Source: an uncultured Dehalococcoidia bacterium (lineage in GTDB: Bacteria > Chloroflexota > Dehalococcoidia > Lucifugimonadales > Australimonadaceae). From it: a DNA stretch of 64,000 bases. Both the position numbers and the translations under genes were made by a program. Below the pieces are notes generated by a model. That model did no database searches. It worked only from the letters and a program-made list of their open reading frames with translations, and was not told the DNA's origin. Numbering within the stretch: the first letter of the stretch is position 1; each line of letters starts with the position of its first letter. This document shows, piece after piece, positions 39,415 to 48,494 of this stretch. The stretch is from assembly GCA_958295525.1 (NCBI GenBank), contig OY282355.1:398260-462259 (forward strand), read 5' to 3'.

Positions 39415-39806
39415 TCGAGAACGGCGAACGCCTCGATTTCGATCAGGTAGTCCGGCTGCGCCAGCGCCTTCACGATCACCATCGAACTCGCGGGCGTCGG
39501 GGCGCCGCCCCAGCATTCGTTCTGCGCCGCCCGCGCCGCCGGGAGGTGCTCCTCCGACGTGATGAAGATCGTAACCTTCACGATGTTGGCGAACGTTCCG
39601 CCGACGGATTCGATGGCCGTCCGCAGGTTGGCGTAGACCTGCCGCGCCTGCGCCTCGGCGTCGCCCACGCCGATCACGGCGCCGTCGGGCCCGCGCGACG
39701 TCTGCCCCGCGATCCACGCCAGATTGCCCCATCGGACGACGTGCGAGTACCGTCCGCCCGGCGGCGGCGCAAGCCCTTCGGGATTCGTTCGCTCTATGTC
39801 AGGCAT
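39411..39806 (-). CDS. RidA/YjgF family protein
   Basis: YSHVV, IAGQ, QARQVYANL, IEIEA. Confidence 0.88.
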   Translation of the reverse strand: MPDIERTNPEGLAPPPGGRYSHVVRWGNLAWIAGQTSRGPDGAVIGVGDAEAQARQVYANLRTAIESVGGTFANIVKVTIFITSEEHLPAARAAQNECWGGAPTPASSMVIVKALAQPDYLIEIEAFAVLD

Positions 39807-40446
39807 CGCGACTCCTTTTCGCCTGCGGAACGGGGCGATAGTACGGCGTCCCCCAGTCGCCCTCAGGCTCACTCAGCATCAGGTCAACTATACGCGGGAC
39901 AAGGAAGGAGATGAACCGTTCGCCTGCGATAACCTGGTCGCGATTGAGAGACCCGCTCCACGTGGCGCCGCCGTGGACGAGTTGGTTACGCAGAACATAG
40001 AGGCGGTCGAAGAGTATGGTCAGCAATTGCTTGGCGTTCCCCCATATCAACGCCTTGTCCACTTGTTCCGCATCCCCTTCAAGCGCTCGCTTCCAATTTC
40101 CGCTAGTCCAGAAGGGAGCCAACACGTAGATATTCTCCACGAGGGCGCCAATCTCGTCATCGGTGAACTCGCCGCGGATTTCCCGATAGAACCCCACCGG
40201 GTCTATGGCGACGACTTTTTCGATGTAGGAACGGATGATGTTTCTCTCTCTGTCCTCGGGATTCACCAGATGCTGTTGTCCGTACAGAGCATTGAAGGCT
40301 ATCCAGTAGAAGATGAACCTGCCGTCAGGGCCGTCCTTGCAACTCTCCGCGCATTCCATCCAACTGAGCGCGCGGCGTATGCGGAGCGTGAAGTCGTTCC
40401 GGTAGTCGCCCAGGGAGTCGAACTTATCCCACAAGCGGTCGAGCAT
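39799..40446 (-). CDS. HEPN-domain protein (putative RNase)
   Basis: LRIRRALSW, FIFYWIAFNALYG, RNQLVHG (Rx4H); AT-richer DNA. Confidence 0.75.
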   Translation of the reverse strand: MLDRLWDKFDSLGDYRNDFTLRIRRALSWMECAESCKDGPDGRFIFYWIAFNALYGQQHLVNPEDRERNIIRSYIEKVVAIDPVGFYREIRGEFTDDEIGALVENIYVLAPFWTSGNWKRALEGDAEQVDKALIWGNAKQLLTILFDRLYVLRNQLVHGGATWSGSLNRDQVIAGERFISFLVPRIVDLMLSEPEGDWGTPYYRPVPQAKRSRDA

Positions 40447-40528
40447 CAGCCGTCCTCCGTTACGCCTCACGGGGCGGTTGCGCCGCGCCCTCCGCAATCC
40501 TAACTGCGGCGCGGGCGCGGCGCAACGC

Positions 40529-40556
40529 AAGAAGGGCGCCCGTCACGGGCGCCCCT
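40529..40556 (-). terminator. Rho-independent terminator after tctC
   Basis: Stem GGGCGCCCG-tga-CGGGCGCCC followed by TTCTT on the minus strand. Confidence 0.6.
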
Positions 40557-40583
40557 CTCGTTATGCCGTCTTGCGTCAGCGGG

Positions 40584-41855
40584 CTAACTCGGGAAGAGGC
40601 CCCGAATGATGGCCAGCGTCTCGTCCGGCAGTCCGGCGAAGTCCTCGACTTGCGCCTGGTACTGGTCGCCGCTGCGGAGTCCGACGTCGTAATTGCGGGA
40701 GCGCATATCGGCGATGAATCCATCGCTTTGCACGACCTGCTCGAACGCCGCCCGCATCGCGTTGACGATGGGTTCCGGCGTCTCGGTGGGCATTGCGAAG
40801 ATGCGGTTGGCCGACGCCGCGTCCAGCAGCGCGTCCAGCGCGTCCAAGTAGGAGGCGCTCGCGTTGAAGCGCTGCTCCGCGATGTTGCGGATGCTGTCAA
40901 CCCACTGCCATTTGCCCTCGGCCTTGCCCGCCTTCACCCAGTCGGGCTCGACGCGGGTGTAGAAGAGCGGGGTGGCGAAGCCTTCCGCCCACTCGGGGTT
41001 CTGCAGCACCTGCGAGTCGCGGCAAGTGGGCGTTATTGCGATCTCGCGCCGGTTGAACGCGGCGTCCATATCCGACGTGCCCGTGTAGCCGAACGCCCGC
41101 TCGAACGGGAAGCCGACCTGCACCGCCCACTCGGTGGAGGTCGCGTAGGTGTCCACGCGGCCGATCTGCCCCAGCGTGAAGTTGCCGGCGAAGTACTCGT
41201 CGAGCGCGTTGTTCGGGTCGTCCAGCAGGTCGGTGCGAATGCACCACGTTTGGTCGCTGGGGGTGAAGTCCGGCGCGCCGAGGTAGTAGAGGTCGTTCGC
41301 CGCGTCGAATTCCGAGACGCCGCCGAGAATGGACTGCTGGATCAGCGTGGAGATGACCACCACGATGTCCGCCTGGTTGTCCCGGTAGTCTTTGCCGGTC
41401 ACGGAGCGCACCGCGACGAGCGTGTTCGCGCCGGGCTTGTTGCTCACGAAGACGTTGGGATTGCCGGGCAGGGCGTTCGACAGGTGCGCCGCGAAGATGC
41501 GGGAGAACGTATCGAATCCTCCGCCGGGCGCGTAGCCCACGGTGATCTGCACCGTCTTGCCGGAGAAGTCCACTTGCTCATCGGGAGGAAGCGGAGTCGA
41601 GGTCGGGCGGGGAGGCGCCGTGGGCGTGGGCCGACTCGGCGCCATCGCCGTGGGCGTGGGCCGGTCCTCCATCATCGCCGTGGGCTCAGGGCTCGGCTGA
41701 GCCGGGGCCATCGCCGTCGGTTCCTGCTGCATCGCCGTCGGCCTGGGCGTCGCGGTGGGGTCGTCGCCGCCGCACGCGACAGCGATCATCGCCAGCGCCG
41801 ACGCGAGCGCGAACAGGCTCAAGGCCCGCTTTGCTGAGGTAAGCGCTGCGTTCAT
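40584..41855 (-). CDS. Tripartite tricarboxylate transporter substrate-binding lipoprotein (TctC-like)
   Basis: Lipobox IAVAC, PTAM repeats, [10 protein letters not shown]; downstream of the TctA gene. Confidence 0.82.
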   Translation of the reverse strand: MNAALTSAKRALSLFALASALAMIAVACGGDDPTATPRPTAMQQEPTAMAPAQPSPEPTAMMEDRPTPTAMAPSRPTPTAPPRPTSTPLPPDEQVDFSGKTVQITVGYAPGGGFDTFSRIFAAHLSNALPGNPNVFVSNKPGANTLVAVRSVTGKDYRDNQADIVVVISTLIQQSILGGVSEFDAANDLYYLGAPDFTPSDQTWCIRTDLLDDPNNALDEYFAGNFTLGQIGRVDTYATSTEWAVQVGFPFERAFGYTGTSDMDAAFNRREIAITPTCRDSQVLQNPEWAEGFATPLFYTRVEPDWVKAGKAEGKWQWVDSIRNIAEQRFNASASYLDALDALLDAASANRIFAMPTETPEPIVNAMRAAFEQVVQSDGFIADMRSRNYDVGLRSGDQYQAQVEDFAGLPDETLAIIRGLFPS

Positions 41856-42022
41856 TTGTCCTCCTCGGAGCGTTTGCAATCTTCCCGCGCAAGCGCGCGT
41901 TCCCGCGCGCGCGGTTAGCGTCCAATGCTACCACGCGGCGCGCCGTTCGTCTAGCGCAACCCTCCGCGAACGGACGAACCGGCCCGTCTTCTCCGCGTTC
42001 CCGCAGAGGGGCCCCCCCGCCC

Positions 42023-42238
42023 CGTCATTCCCGCGTAGGCGGGAATCCATTCGGCGCGCAAGCGCCCCCCATGTCCGTCATTCCCGCATAGGCGGGAATC
42101 CATTCGGCGCGCAAGCGCCCCCCATGTCCGTCATTCCCGCGTAGGCGGGAATCCAGTGGCGCGTAGCGCCGGACGGCGCGCAGCGCCCCGTCTCCTTATC
42201 TCCCCCGGAGCCACGTCATTCCTGCGAAAGCGGGAACC
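42023..42238. repeat. CGTC/dRS3-like palindrome cluster inside the TTT operon
   Basis: Three core units plus a composite module. Confidence 0.9.
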
Positions 42239-42260
42239 TCCCGGCCACGGCAATCGCCGT

Positions 42261-44525
42261 CTACCCGATGCAGCCCCCGATGCGCGCCCGGCCGACCAGA
42301 ATGTCCGGCAGCAAGTCGCCCAGCACGGGGTCTATCCACGGAATGCAGATCACTTTGTCGAAGAATAAGTAAATGAGCGCGACGAACAGCACGCCCCACG
42401 CGGCCGCGACCACCCAATGCACGCGCCCGAACACCAGCAGGTACAGCCCGACGTACAAAGGCAGCGATATCTGAAACCCCACCAGCCATATCGCCGCGAC
42501 CAGGCCAATCGTCGTGCCAAGCGCCTTCGCCGTTCGCAGCAGCAGGACGCGGCGGTCGTCGCCGGTGATCGTTCTGCCGATGTCCATAATGCGGCCGCCG
42601 CCGGACGCGGCGGTCACCAAGTGCTTCAGGAGATAGACGCCGACGAGCGCAAGTCCGGCGATGACGACCACCCGTGGCAGCCGCGCTCCGTCCTCCGACC
42701 AGTTGTAGGTTTGCCAGAGCGTGTAGGCGAACACCACGCCGAGCGCCGCGATGAACCATCCGCTCGCCGTCGGGCGCAGCCGCCGCGCGAAACCGGATGC
42801 GCGAGGCTCCGCGCCGGACTCCTCGCCTGCGCCTGATTCAGCAGAGCCGGACTCGGCGAGGCCGCCGGACTCAGCAGAGCCTAACTCGGCGGGCGCGTCG
42901 CCGCTGCCGCCTGCGGGCGGAGGCGGTGGAGCGGAAGGAGCGGGAGGGGCGGCGCCCCGCGCTGCGAATTCTGCCTCTTGCTTGGCCAGCGTCCGGCCAA
43001 CGCTCCGCTGCATCCACACCGTGTAGGCCGCCGTTCCGATGGCGATGAGCAGAATGATGATCACGGCGGGGCGCGTGAATATCCCGTCCAGCCCGAACGC
43101 CACGGTGGAGATGCGGTAGTACCGCTCGATAATGCTCCCCAGTATGACGGCGATGATGATCGGCGGGCGCGGCCAGCCGTAGGTCTTCATAAAGTACCCC
43201 AGCCCGCCGAACGCCAGCATCACGATCAAATCGTAGATGGAGCGGTTCGCCTGAAACGCCGCGATCGTCATTACCGCCAGAATGATCGGCACCAGCACGT
43301 TCGGGCGGATGAACGCGATCCGCGTGAGCAGCGGCGTGAAGCCGAGCGCCAGCCCCGTGGCGAACACGTTGGCCAGCACGAGCGAGAACGCGATCGTCAG
43401 CGTCAGCGGCAGTTGCCTGCCCAGCATATCCGGGCCCGGCCGCACGTCCAGAATGATGAGCAGCCCGAGGAACAGCGCCATCCCCACCGAGCCCGGCACC
43501 CCGAAGAAGAGCGTCGGCACGAGTTGCCCGCCGTCCACCGCGTTGTTCGCCGACTCCGGCGCGATGACGCCGCGAATGTCGCCGGTGCCGAACGTCTCCG
43601 TGCCGCCGCGCACCGTCTGCCGCGCCGAGGCGTAAGAGAGCCACTGCGCCAGCGATCCGCCGATGCCGGGGAGCAAGCCGACGAACACGCCCATCGCCGC
43701 CGACCGGATCACGAGGAACCAGTTCCGCAAGACGGCGAACATGCCCTCGCGCCGCTGTCCCGACGCGTCCGACTGCTGCGCCGACGCATGCCGCGCGATG
43801 GATACGTCGCTCACGATCAGATCGAAGAACTCCGGCAGCGCGAATAGGCCGATCACCACCGGAATGATGTGAATGCCGTCCCACAGGTAGTCGATGCCGA
43901 AGGTGAGCCGTTGCACGCCGGTCGCGTCGTCGTAGCCGATGCTTGCGATGAGCAGCCCGAACGCCCCCGCCATCAGCCCGCGCAGCAGCGCCCCGCTGCT
44001 CACCACCCCCACGACCGCTATCGCCACCAGGCCAAGCACGAAGAACTCCGCCGCGCTGAACGTGTTGACGACGGGCCGCGCGACCGGAATCGTGAGAAAG
44101 AGGAAGATCGCCCCGGTGATGCCGCCCAGCAGCGACGCGAAGTACGCTGCCGAGAGCGCCACGCCGGCCCTTCCCCGCCGCGCCATTGGGTTGCCGTCCA
44201 AAATCGTCGCTTGGCCGGACGTCGAGCCCGGCATTCCCAGCAGCACCGCCGGCAGCGTGTCGCCCGTCGGCACCGTCGCCACCATGCCGATGGCCAGCGG
44301 CAGCGCAATGTACGGATCGAGTCCGTAGGCGAAGCCCAGCAGAACAATGAGGCTCGGCACCGCGCCGCCGGGCATCGCGCCGTTGAGCACGCCGACGATC
44401 ACGCCGACGGCCAGCGCAAGGAGCGGCCACGGAGGCCAAGTCCCGACAAGGCTCCCTAGCGCGTCTCCGCCCGCCGTGAACATCGCGGGAAAGCCGGTGG
44501 CGATGGAATCGAAGAAGCCTTCCAC
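42261..44525 (-). CDS. TctA permease with fused TctB-like C-terminal domain
   Basis: LLGMPG, DGNPMARRG, RLTFG, GVIAPESANNA, GVPGS; ~4 extra TM helices after a Pro/Ser linker. Confidence 0.85.
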   Translation of the reverse strand: MEGFFDSIATGFPAMFTAGGDALGSLVGTWPPWPLLALAVGVIVGVLNGAMPGGAVPSLIVLLGFAYGLDPYIALPLAIGMVATVPTGDTLPAVLLGMPGSTSGQATILDGNPMARRGRAGVALSAAYFASLLGGITGAIFLFLTIPVARPVVNTFSAAEFFVLGLVAIAVVGVVSSGALLRGLMAGAFGLLIASIGYDDATGVQRLTFGIDYLWDGIHIIPVVIGLFALPEFFDLIVSDVSIARHASAQQSDASGQRREGMFAVLRNWFLVIRSAAMGVFVGLLPGIGGSLAQWLSYASARQTVRGGTETFGTGDIRGVIAPESANNAVDGGQLVPTLFFGVPGSVGMALFLGLLIILDVRPGPDMLGRQLPLTLTIAFSLVLANVFATGLALGFTPLLTRIAFIRPNVLVPIILAVMTIAAFQANRSIYDLIVMLAFGGLGYFMKTYGWPRPPIIIAVILGSIIERYYRISTVAFGLDGIFTRPAVIIILLIAIGTAAYTVWMQRSVGRTLAKQEAEFAARGAAPPAPSAPPPPPAGGSGDAPAELGSAESGGLAESGSAESGAGEESGAEPRASGFARRLRPTASGWFIAALGVVFAYTLWQTYNWSEDGARLPRVVVIAGLALVGVYLLKHLVTAASGGGRIMDIGRTITGDDRRVLLLRTAKALGTTIGLVAAIWLVGFQISLPLYVGLYLLVFGRVHWVVAAAWGVLFVALIYLFFDKVICIPWIDPVLGDLLPDILVGRARIGGCIG

Positions 44526-44526
44526 G

Positions 44527-45873
44527 CTACGCCCTCGCCGCCCGCTGCGCTTCCGCGTAGCGCCGGTAGACTTCCAGCACGCCCTCGAGCGCCGGGCTGT
44601 ACCTGTCGACGTGATGACGCCGCAGCCGCAGCGCCGCGTCGTCCCCCTCCACGGCGGTCAGATCGCCTTTCTCCTCCGGCGTCGAGGGAGCGGGCGCCAC
44701 CGGGCCGGGGCCGCTGTTGACCGGCAGGTCTATCCGCTCGTTTTCGGCCGGGTCGCGGAACACGTTCATCGGGTCGCCGCCGTCCTGCGCGATCTTCATC
44801 TGCTCCGTTAGCAGTTTGCGGAACAGAATGACGCCCCGGTCGGAGGCGCCCAGCCGCTCGTTCTCGCGGTCGGCCACCGCGCCCTGCCCCCACCACGCCG
44901 CCATATCCTGCGCCACGACGTAGTCCACAATGGGGCGCCCCGCCTCGTCGAACAGCGGATGCTCGAAGTAGGGCGCGCAATCCTGCGCCGGAACCTCCAC
45001 GTCCGGCCCCGGGCAATACGCGAAATAGTCCAAGTGCAGCGTGCGCTCGTCGTCCACCGGAACGCGAATCTGCAACTCGCTCCGCAGCCGCCCGCCGAGC
45101 CGCACGAAGTACGGAAACACCAGCGGGTGCCCTATCGTCCAATCCGGCGAATCGTCCGGCTCCCCCTCGCGCAGCCGGTATTTCTGAATGCCGTACTGCG
45201 TGACCGCCCACTCCGTCTTGACGTGCGGACGCTTGAATTCGTCCGCCATCGCCCGAACGGAGCGGTCGTGCGCCTCATCTCCCGTTCCGCCGCCCTTGTC
45301 CATCACGGCGTACTCGAAGAAGTGGCCGTGCGTGTACTCCGTGTGCGCGGTGTCCACGGAGTTCTCCATGCACTGCAGCCAGTTCGCGTTCAGCGTCGCC
45401 GCTCCCACGTGGCGGAAGGCGTTGTCCCACACCAGCGCGTCCCATCGCGGAAGCAGCGGCGCGGGATCCGGCCCCAGGTAGGCGAACACGAGCCCCCCGA
45501 GTTCCTGCACGGGATACGCCTTCAGCCGCACTTTCTCGCTGAAGCGCGACCCTTCCGGCTCCGTCGGCTGGTCGAGGCACTGGCCGTCCGCGCCGTACAG
45601 CCAGCCGTGGTACATGCACCGCAGCCCGTCGTCCGTCGGAATGCCGAGGCTGAGGTCGACGCGGCGGTGCGCGCAGCGGCGGTCAACCAGCCCCAGCCTG
45701 CCCCGCTTGTCCTTGAAAAGCGTCAGGTCCTCGCTCAGCAGCCGAACGGGCAGCACGGGCTCGCTCGAGAGCCGCGCGCTCCCCGTGATCGGCCACCAGT
45801 ACCGGCGCAGCAACTCGCCCATCGGCGTGCCCGCGCTCGTTTGCGTCAGCAGCGCGTTCTCTTCGGCCCGCAT
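44527..45873 (-). CDS. Rieske non-heme iron oxygenase, phthalate 4,5-dioxygenase/LigX-like
   Basis: GTPMGELLRRYW, CAHR...CMYHGW, ENSVDTAHTEYTH, QD, LGASDRG. Confidence 0.88.
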   Translation of the reverse strand: MRAEENALLTQTSAGTPMGELLRRYWWPITGSARLSSEPVLPVRLLSEDLTLFKDKRGRLGLVDRRCAHRRVDLSLGIPTDDGLRCMYHGWLYGADGQCLDQPTEPEGSRFSEKVRLKAYPVQELGGLVFAYLGPDPAPLLPRWDALVWDNAFRHVGAATLNANWLQCMENSVDTAHTEYTHGHFFEYAVMDKGGGTGDEAHDRSVRAMADEFKRPHVKTEWAVTQYGIQKYRLREGEPDDSPDWTIGHPLVFPYFVRLGGRLRSELQIRVPVDDERTLHLDYFAYCPGPDVEVPAQDCAPYFEHPLFDEAGRPIVDYVVAQDMAAWWGQGAVADRENERLGASDRGVILFRKLLTEQMKIAQDGGDPMNVFRDPAENERIDLPVNSGPGPVAPAPSTPEEKGDLTAVEGDDAALRLRRHHVDRYSPALEGVLEVYRRYAEAQRAARA

Positions 45874-45901
45874 AACGGCGCTCCGCGGCGCGGCCTCGCC
45901 C

Positions 45902-46885
45902 CTACTGGTCCATCGTGTTCTTGGCGAACACTTCTTCCAACTTGGCCAAGCGCGGCGTCAGGCCCTGCTCGAACGAGTACTGCGCCGCCGTCTCCAGCAC
46001 GAGCCGGTTCGCCCGGATTCCGTGCTGCACGAGCGGCTGCTTCAGGTTGTCGGCGGACGCCAGCCCCGTCTCGACGTAGTAGTCGACGTGGTCGGCGCGC
46101 TCGCGGTTGCAGATGTCGTTCGCCCGGTTGAACGCCTTCATCAGATTGAGCAGAACCCAGGGGTGCTCCTCGGCGATCTCCTTCTTCACGACCATCCCGT
46201 GGTTGATCGGATACAGGCCCGTCTTCTGGTGGAAGCGAATGCCCTCCGCGCGCGCGTCCGGGAAGAGAGGCGCGATGTCCGGGTGGCGCCACAGGTCGGC
46301 GGTGCTGCGGTCGATCAGGTTGGGGTCGACGATGTACAGCAGCGTCGCCTCCAACTCGCCGGAAAGCATCATCGAGCCGATGTTCTTCTCCAGCGGAATC
46401 TGATGCACCGTCACGCCTTCCGGCGGCTTGAAGCCCGTCGCGCCCCCGTGGCTCTGCTCCGGCACGCGCTCCATCCAGAACTCCATGTCCTTCGGCTCCA
46501 CGCCGAACTCGTGCTGCAGCACGCCGCGCGTCCACAGCGCCGCCGTCTGCTGGTACTCCGGCACGCCGACGCGCCGCCCCTTCAGGTCGGCGGGCGACTG
46601 TATCCCGGAGTCCTTCCGGATCAGCACGCCCGTGTGGAAGAAGCGCCGCGTCGTGAACACCGGCAGCCCCACCCAGCGGTCGTCTCCCCGCGCCATCGCC
46701 ATGATCAGCGACGAGAACGACATCTCCGACACGTCGAAGTCGCCGAACTTCAACTGCCTCCAGAACAACTCCGAAGCGTGCACCGGGCTAGGGATCAGTT
46801 CGATCCCGTCGGGTTTGACGCGCCCGTCGTGAAGCGCCCACGTGCGGGGGTTCGACGCCATGCCTACGCTGAGCCGGATATCCAT
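45902..46885 (-). CDS. 4,5-dihydroxyphthalate decarboxylase-like protein
   Basis: FDVSEMSFSS, LPVF..R.F.H, VGVPEYQQTA, TGLYPINH. Confidence 0.8.
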   Translation of the reverse strand: MDIRLSVGMASNPRTWALHDGRVKPDGIELIPSPVHASELFWRQLKFGDFDVSEMSFSSLIMAMARGDDRWVGLPVFTTRRFFHTGVLIRKDSGIQSPADLKGRRVGVPEYQQTAALWTRGVLQHEFGVEPKDMEFWMERVPEQSHGGATGFKPPEGVTVHQIPLEKNIGSMMLSGELEATLLYIVDPNLIDRSTADLWRHPDIAPLFPDARAEGIRFHQKTGLYPINHGMVVKKEIAEEHPWVLLNLMKAFNRANDICNRERADHVDYYVETGLASADNLKQPLVQHGIRANRLVLETAAQYSFEQGLTPRLAKLEEVFAKNTMDQ

Positions 46886-46939
46886 CTGCCGCTCCCTTCG
46901 CTTGCGCCCCGGGGCTTTACGCAGCCCGGGGCCAGGGCC

Positions 46940-47989
46940 TTAGAGCCCCGATATGAACCGCTCTTTCTCGTTCCACTTGCCCACGTTGGAGCGCCACGCC
47001 ATATCGAGGCGCGCCATATCCTCGTCCGAAAGCGGCGGCGCGCCGGAGCACCCAACCGCCTCCTCCAAGTGCGCCATCTCCGAAAAGCCGCCCAGCACGG
47101 TCGTAACCGCCTCATCCTGCAGAATAAAGCGGTACGCCGCCTGCGACAGCGTCTGCCCCGGACGCGACAGGAACGCGAACGGACGCGCGCGCTCCACCAT
47201 CGCCTGATACATTTCCGCGTTCCGCGACAGCCCGCCCCCCGCGAGCGCGTGCCTGCCGCCTCCGCCGACCGCGTGATCCGTCAGCACCCCGCCCGCGAGC
47301 GGGCGTATCGCCGCCGCCCCAACGCTCAACTCCCGCGCCCGACGCAGAAACTGCCCGTAGTCGTGCTGCACGTCCAACCCGTCCGGCGTCGGCAGCCCCG
47401 CCGTCGGATTCAGCAGGTCGTACCAAACGTTCAGCATATGGAACTCGCCCGTCTCCAGCAGCGCGAGCACGGCGTCCGCGTCCGCATCCTCATTGGCGAA
47501 TCCGAAGAACCGCGCCTTCCCCGCGCGCCGGACGCGCTCCATTCCCTCCAGCGCCCCGCCGGGGCCGAGGTAGTCGCTGAGCCCCAGATGCAGCCAGCCC
47601 GGAACCGTCGTGTCCGTCTCGATGCTCGGCGGATTGTGAATCTGCAGCACGTCCACGCAATCCACCTGAAGCCGCCGCAGCGAATCCTCGACCGACTCCA
47701 CCACCGCGTCCGCGATATGGTCGAGTTCGTCCGGCATCACCTCGACTTTCGTCGCAAGGACGGGGCGGAACCCGATCTCCCGCATCGCCTTCCCAATGTT
47801 CGTCTCCGCGAGGCCCTTGCCGTAGTCCGGCGACGTGTCGAAGTAGTTGACGCCGAGTTCCAGCGCCCGCTCGACCGCCCGGATCTGCTCCTGCGGCTCG
47901 CCCTTCACCAGCAGGCCGGCGTTGTCGCCGGAGCCGAACCCGACCTCCGAGACGCGGATCCCTGTCGCGCCCATTTCGCGGTAGCGCAC
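46940..47989 (-). CDS. Aldo/keto reductase
   Basis: G.TGIRVSEVGFG, NYFDTSPDYG, ATK, SLRRLQVDCVDVLQIH. Confidence 0.9.
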   Translation of the reverse strand: MRYREMGATGIRVSEVGFGSGDNAGLLVKGEPQEQIRAVERALELGVNYFDTSPDYGKGLAETNIGKAMREIGFRPVLATKVEVMPDELDHIADAVVESVEDSLRRLQVDCVDVLQIHNPPSIETDTTVPGWLHLGLSDYLGPGGALEGMERVRRAGKARFFGFANEDADADAVLALLETGEFHMLNVWYDLLNPTAGLPTPDGLDVQHDYGQFLRRARELSVGAAAIRPLAGGVLTDHAVGGGGRHALAGGGLSRNAEMYQAMVERARPFAFLSRPGQTLSQAAYRFILQDEAVTTVLGGFSEMAHLEEAVGCSGAPPLSDEDMARLDMAWRSNVGKWNEKERFISGL

Positions 47990-48163
47990 GGACAACCTCC
48001 GACGCCGCGGCTCCAAGTCCCTGCGGCGGACGCTAATCTATCCCCTCCCGCGCGCATCGTCAAGCCGCAGGCGCGAGCGGAAGAGATACGCCGCGCTCCG
48101 CCCTGCCCGCGAAGGCGCGCTCCCTGCCCACGGACGAGGCGCAAACTGGGAGCGCCCCTCTGC

Positions 48164-48478
48164 CGTCATTCCCGCGTAGGCGGGAATCCAGAGGCGCGCA
48201 AGCGCCGCACGGGGCGCGACGCGCATCGTCTCCAAAGCCCCCCCTTGCCCATCATTCCCGCGTAGGCGGAACCTCGCCCCCTTTTGCCTCGTCATTCCCG
48301 CGTAGGCGGGAATCCAGAGGCGCGCAAGCGCCGCACGGGGCGCAACGCGCCCTGTCTCCAAATCACCCCAGGTGCCACGTCATTCCCGCGTAGGCGGGAA
48401 CCTCGCCCCTTTGCCCCGTCATTCCCGCGTAGGCGGAACCTCGGCCCATGCCGTCATTCCCGCGCAGGCGGGAATGAT
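48164..48478. repeat. Composite palindrome cluster
   Basis: About six core units with two ACGGGGCGC..GCGC..GTCTCCAAA modules. Confidence 0.92.
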
Positions 48479-48494
48479 GGGATAGGTTACCCCC

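Noticed and set aside
36523..39732. 1069-aa ETF mega-fusion
   Set aside because: Homology starts at TTG 38355, which has an SD; the upstream part is antisense to the hydrolase and out of frame with RidA
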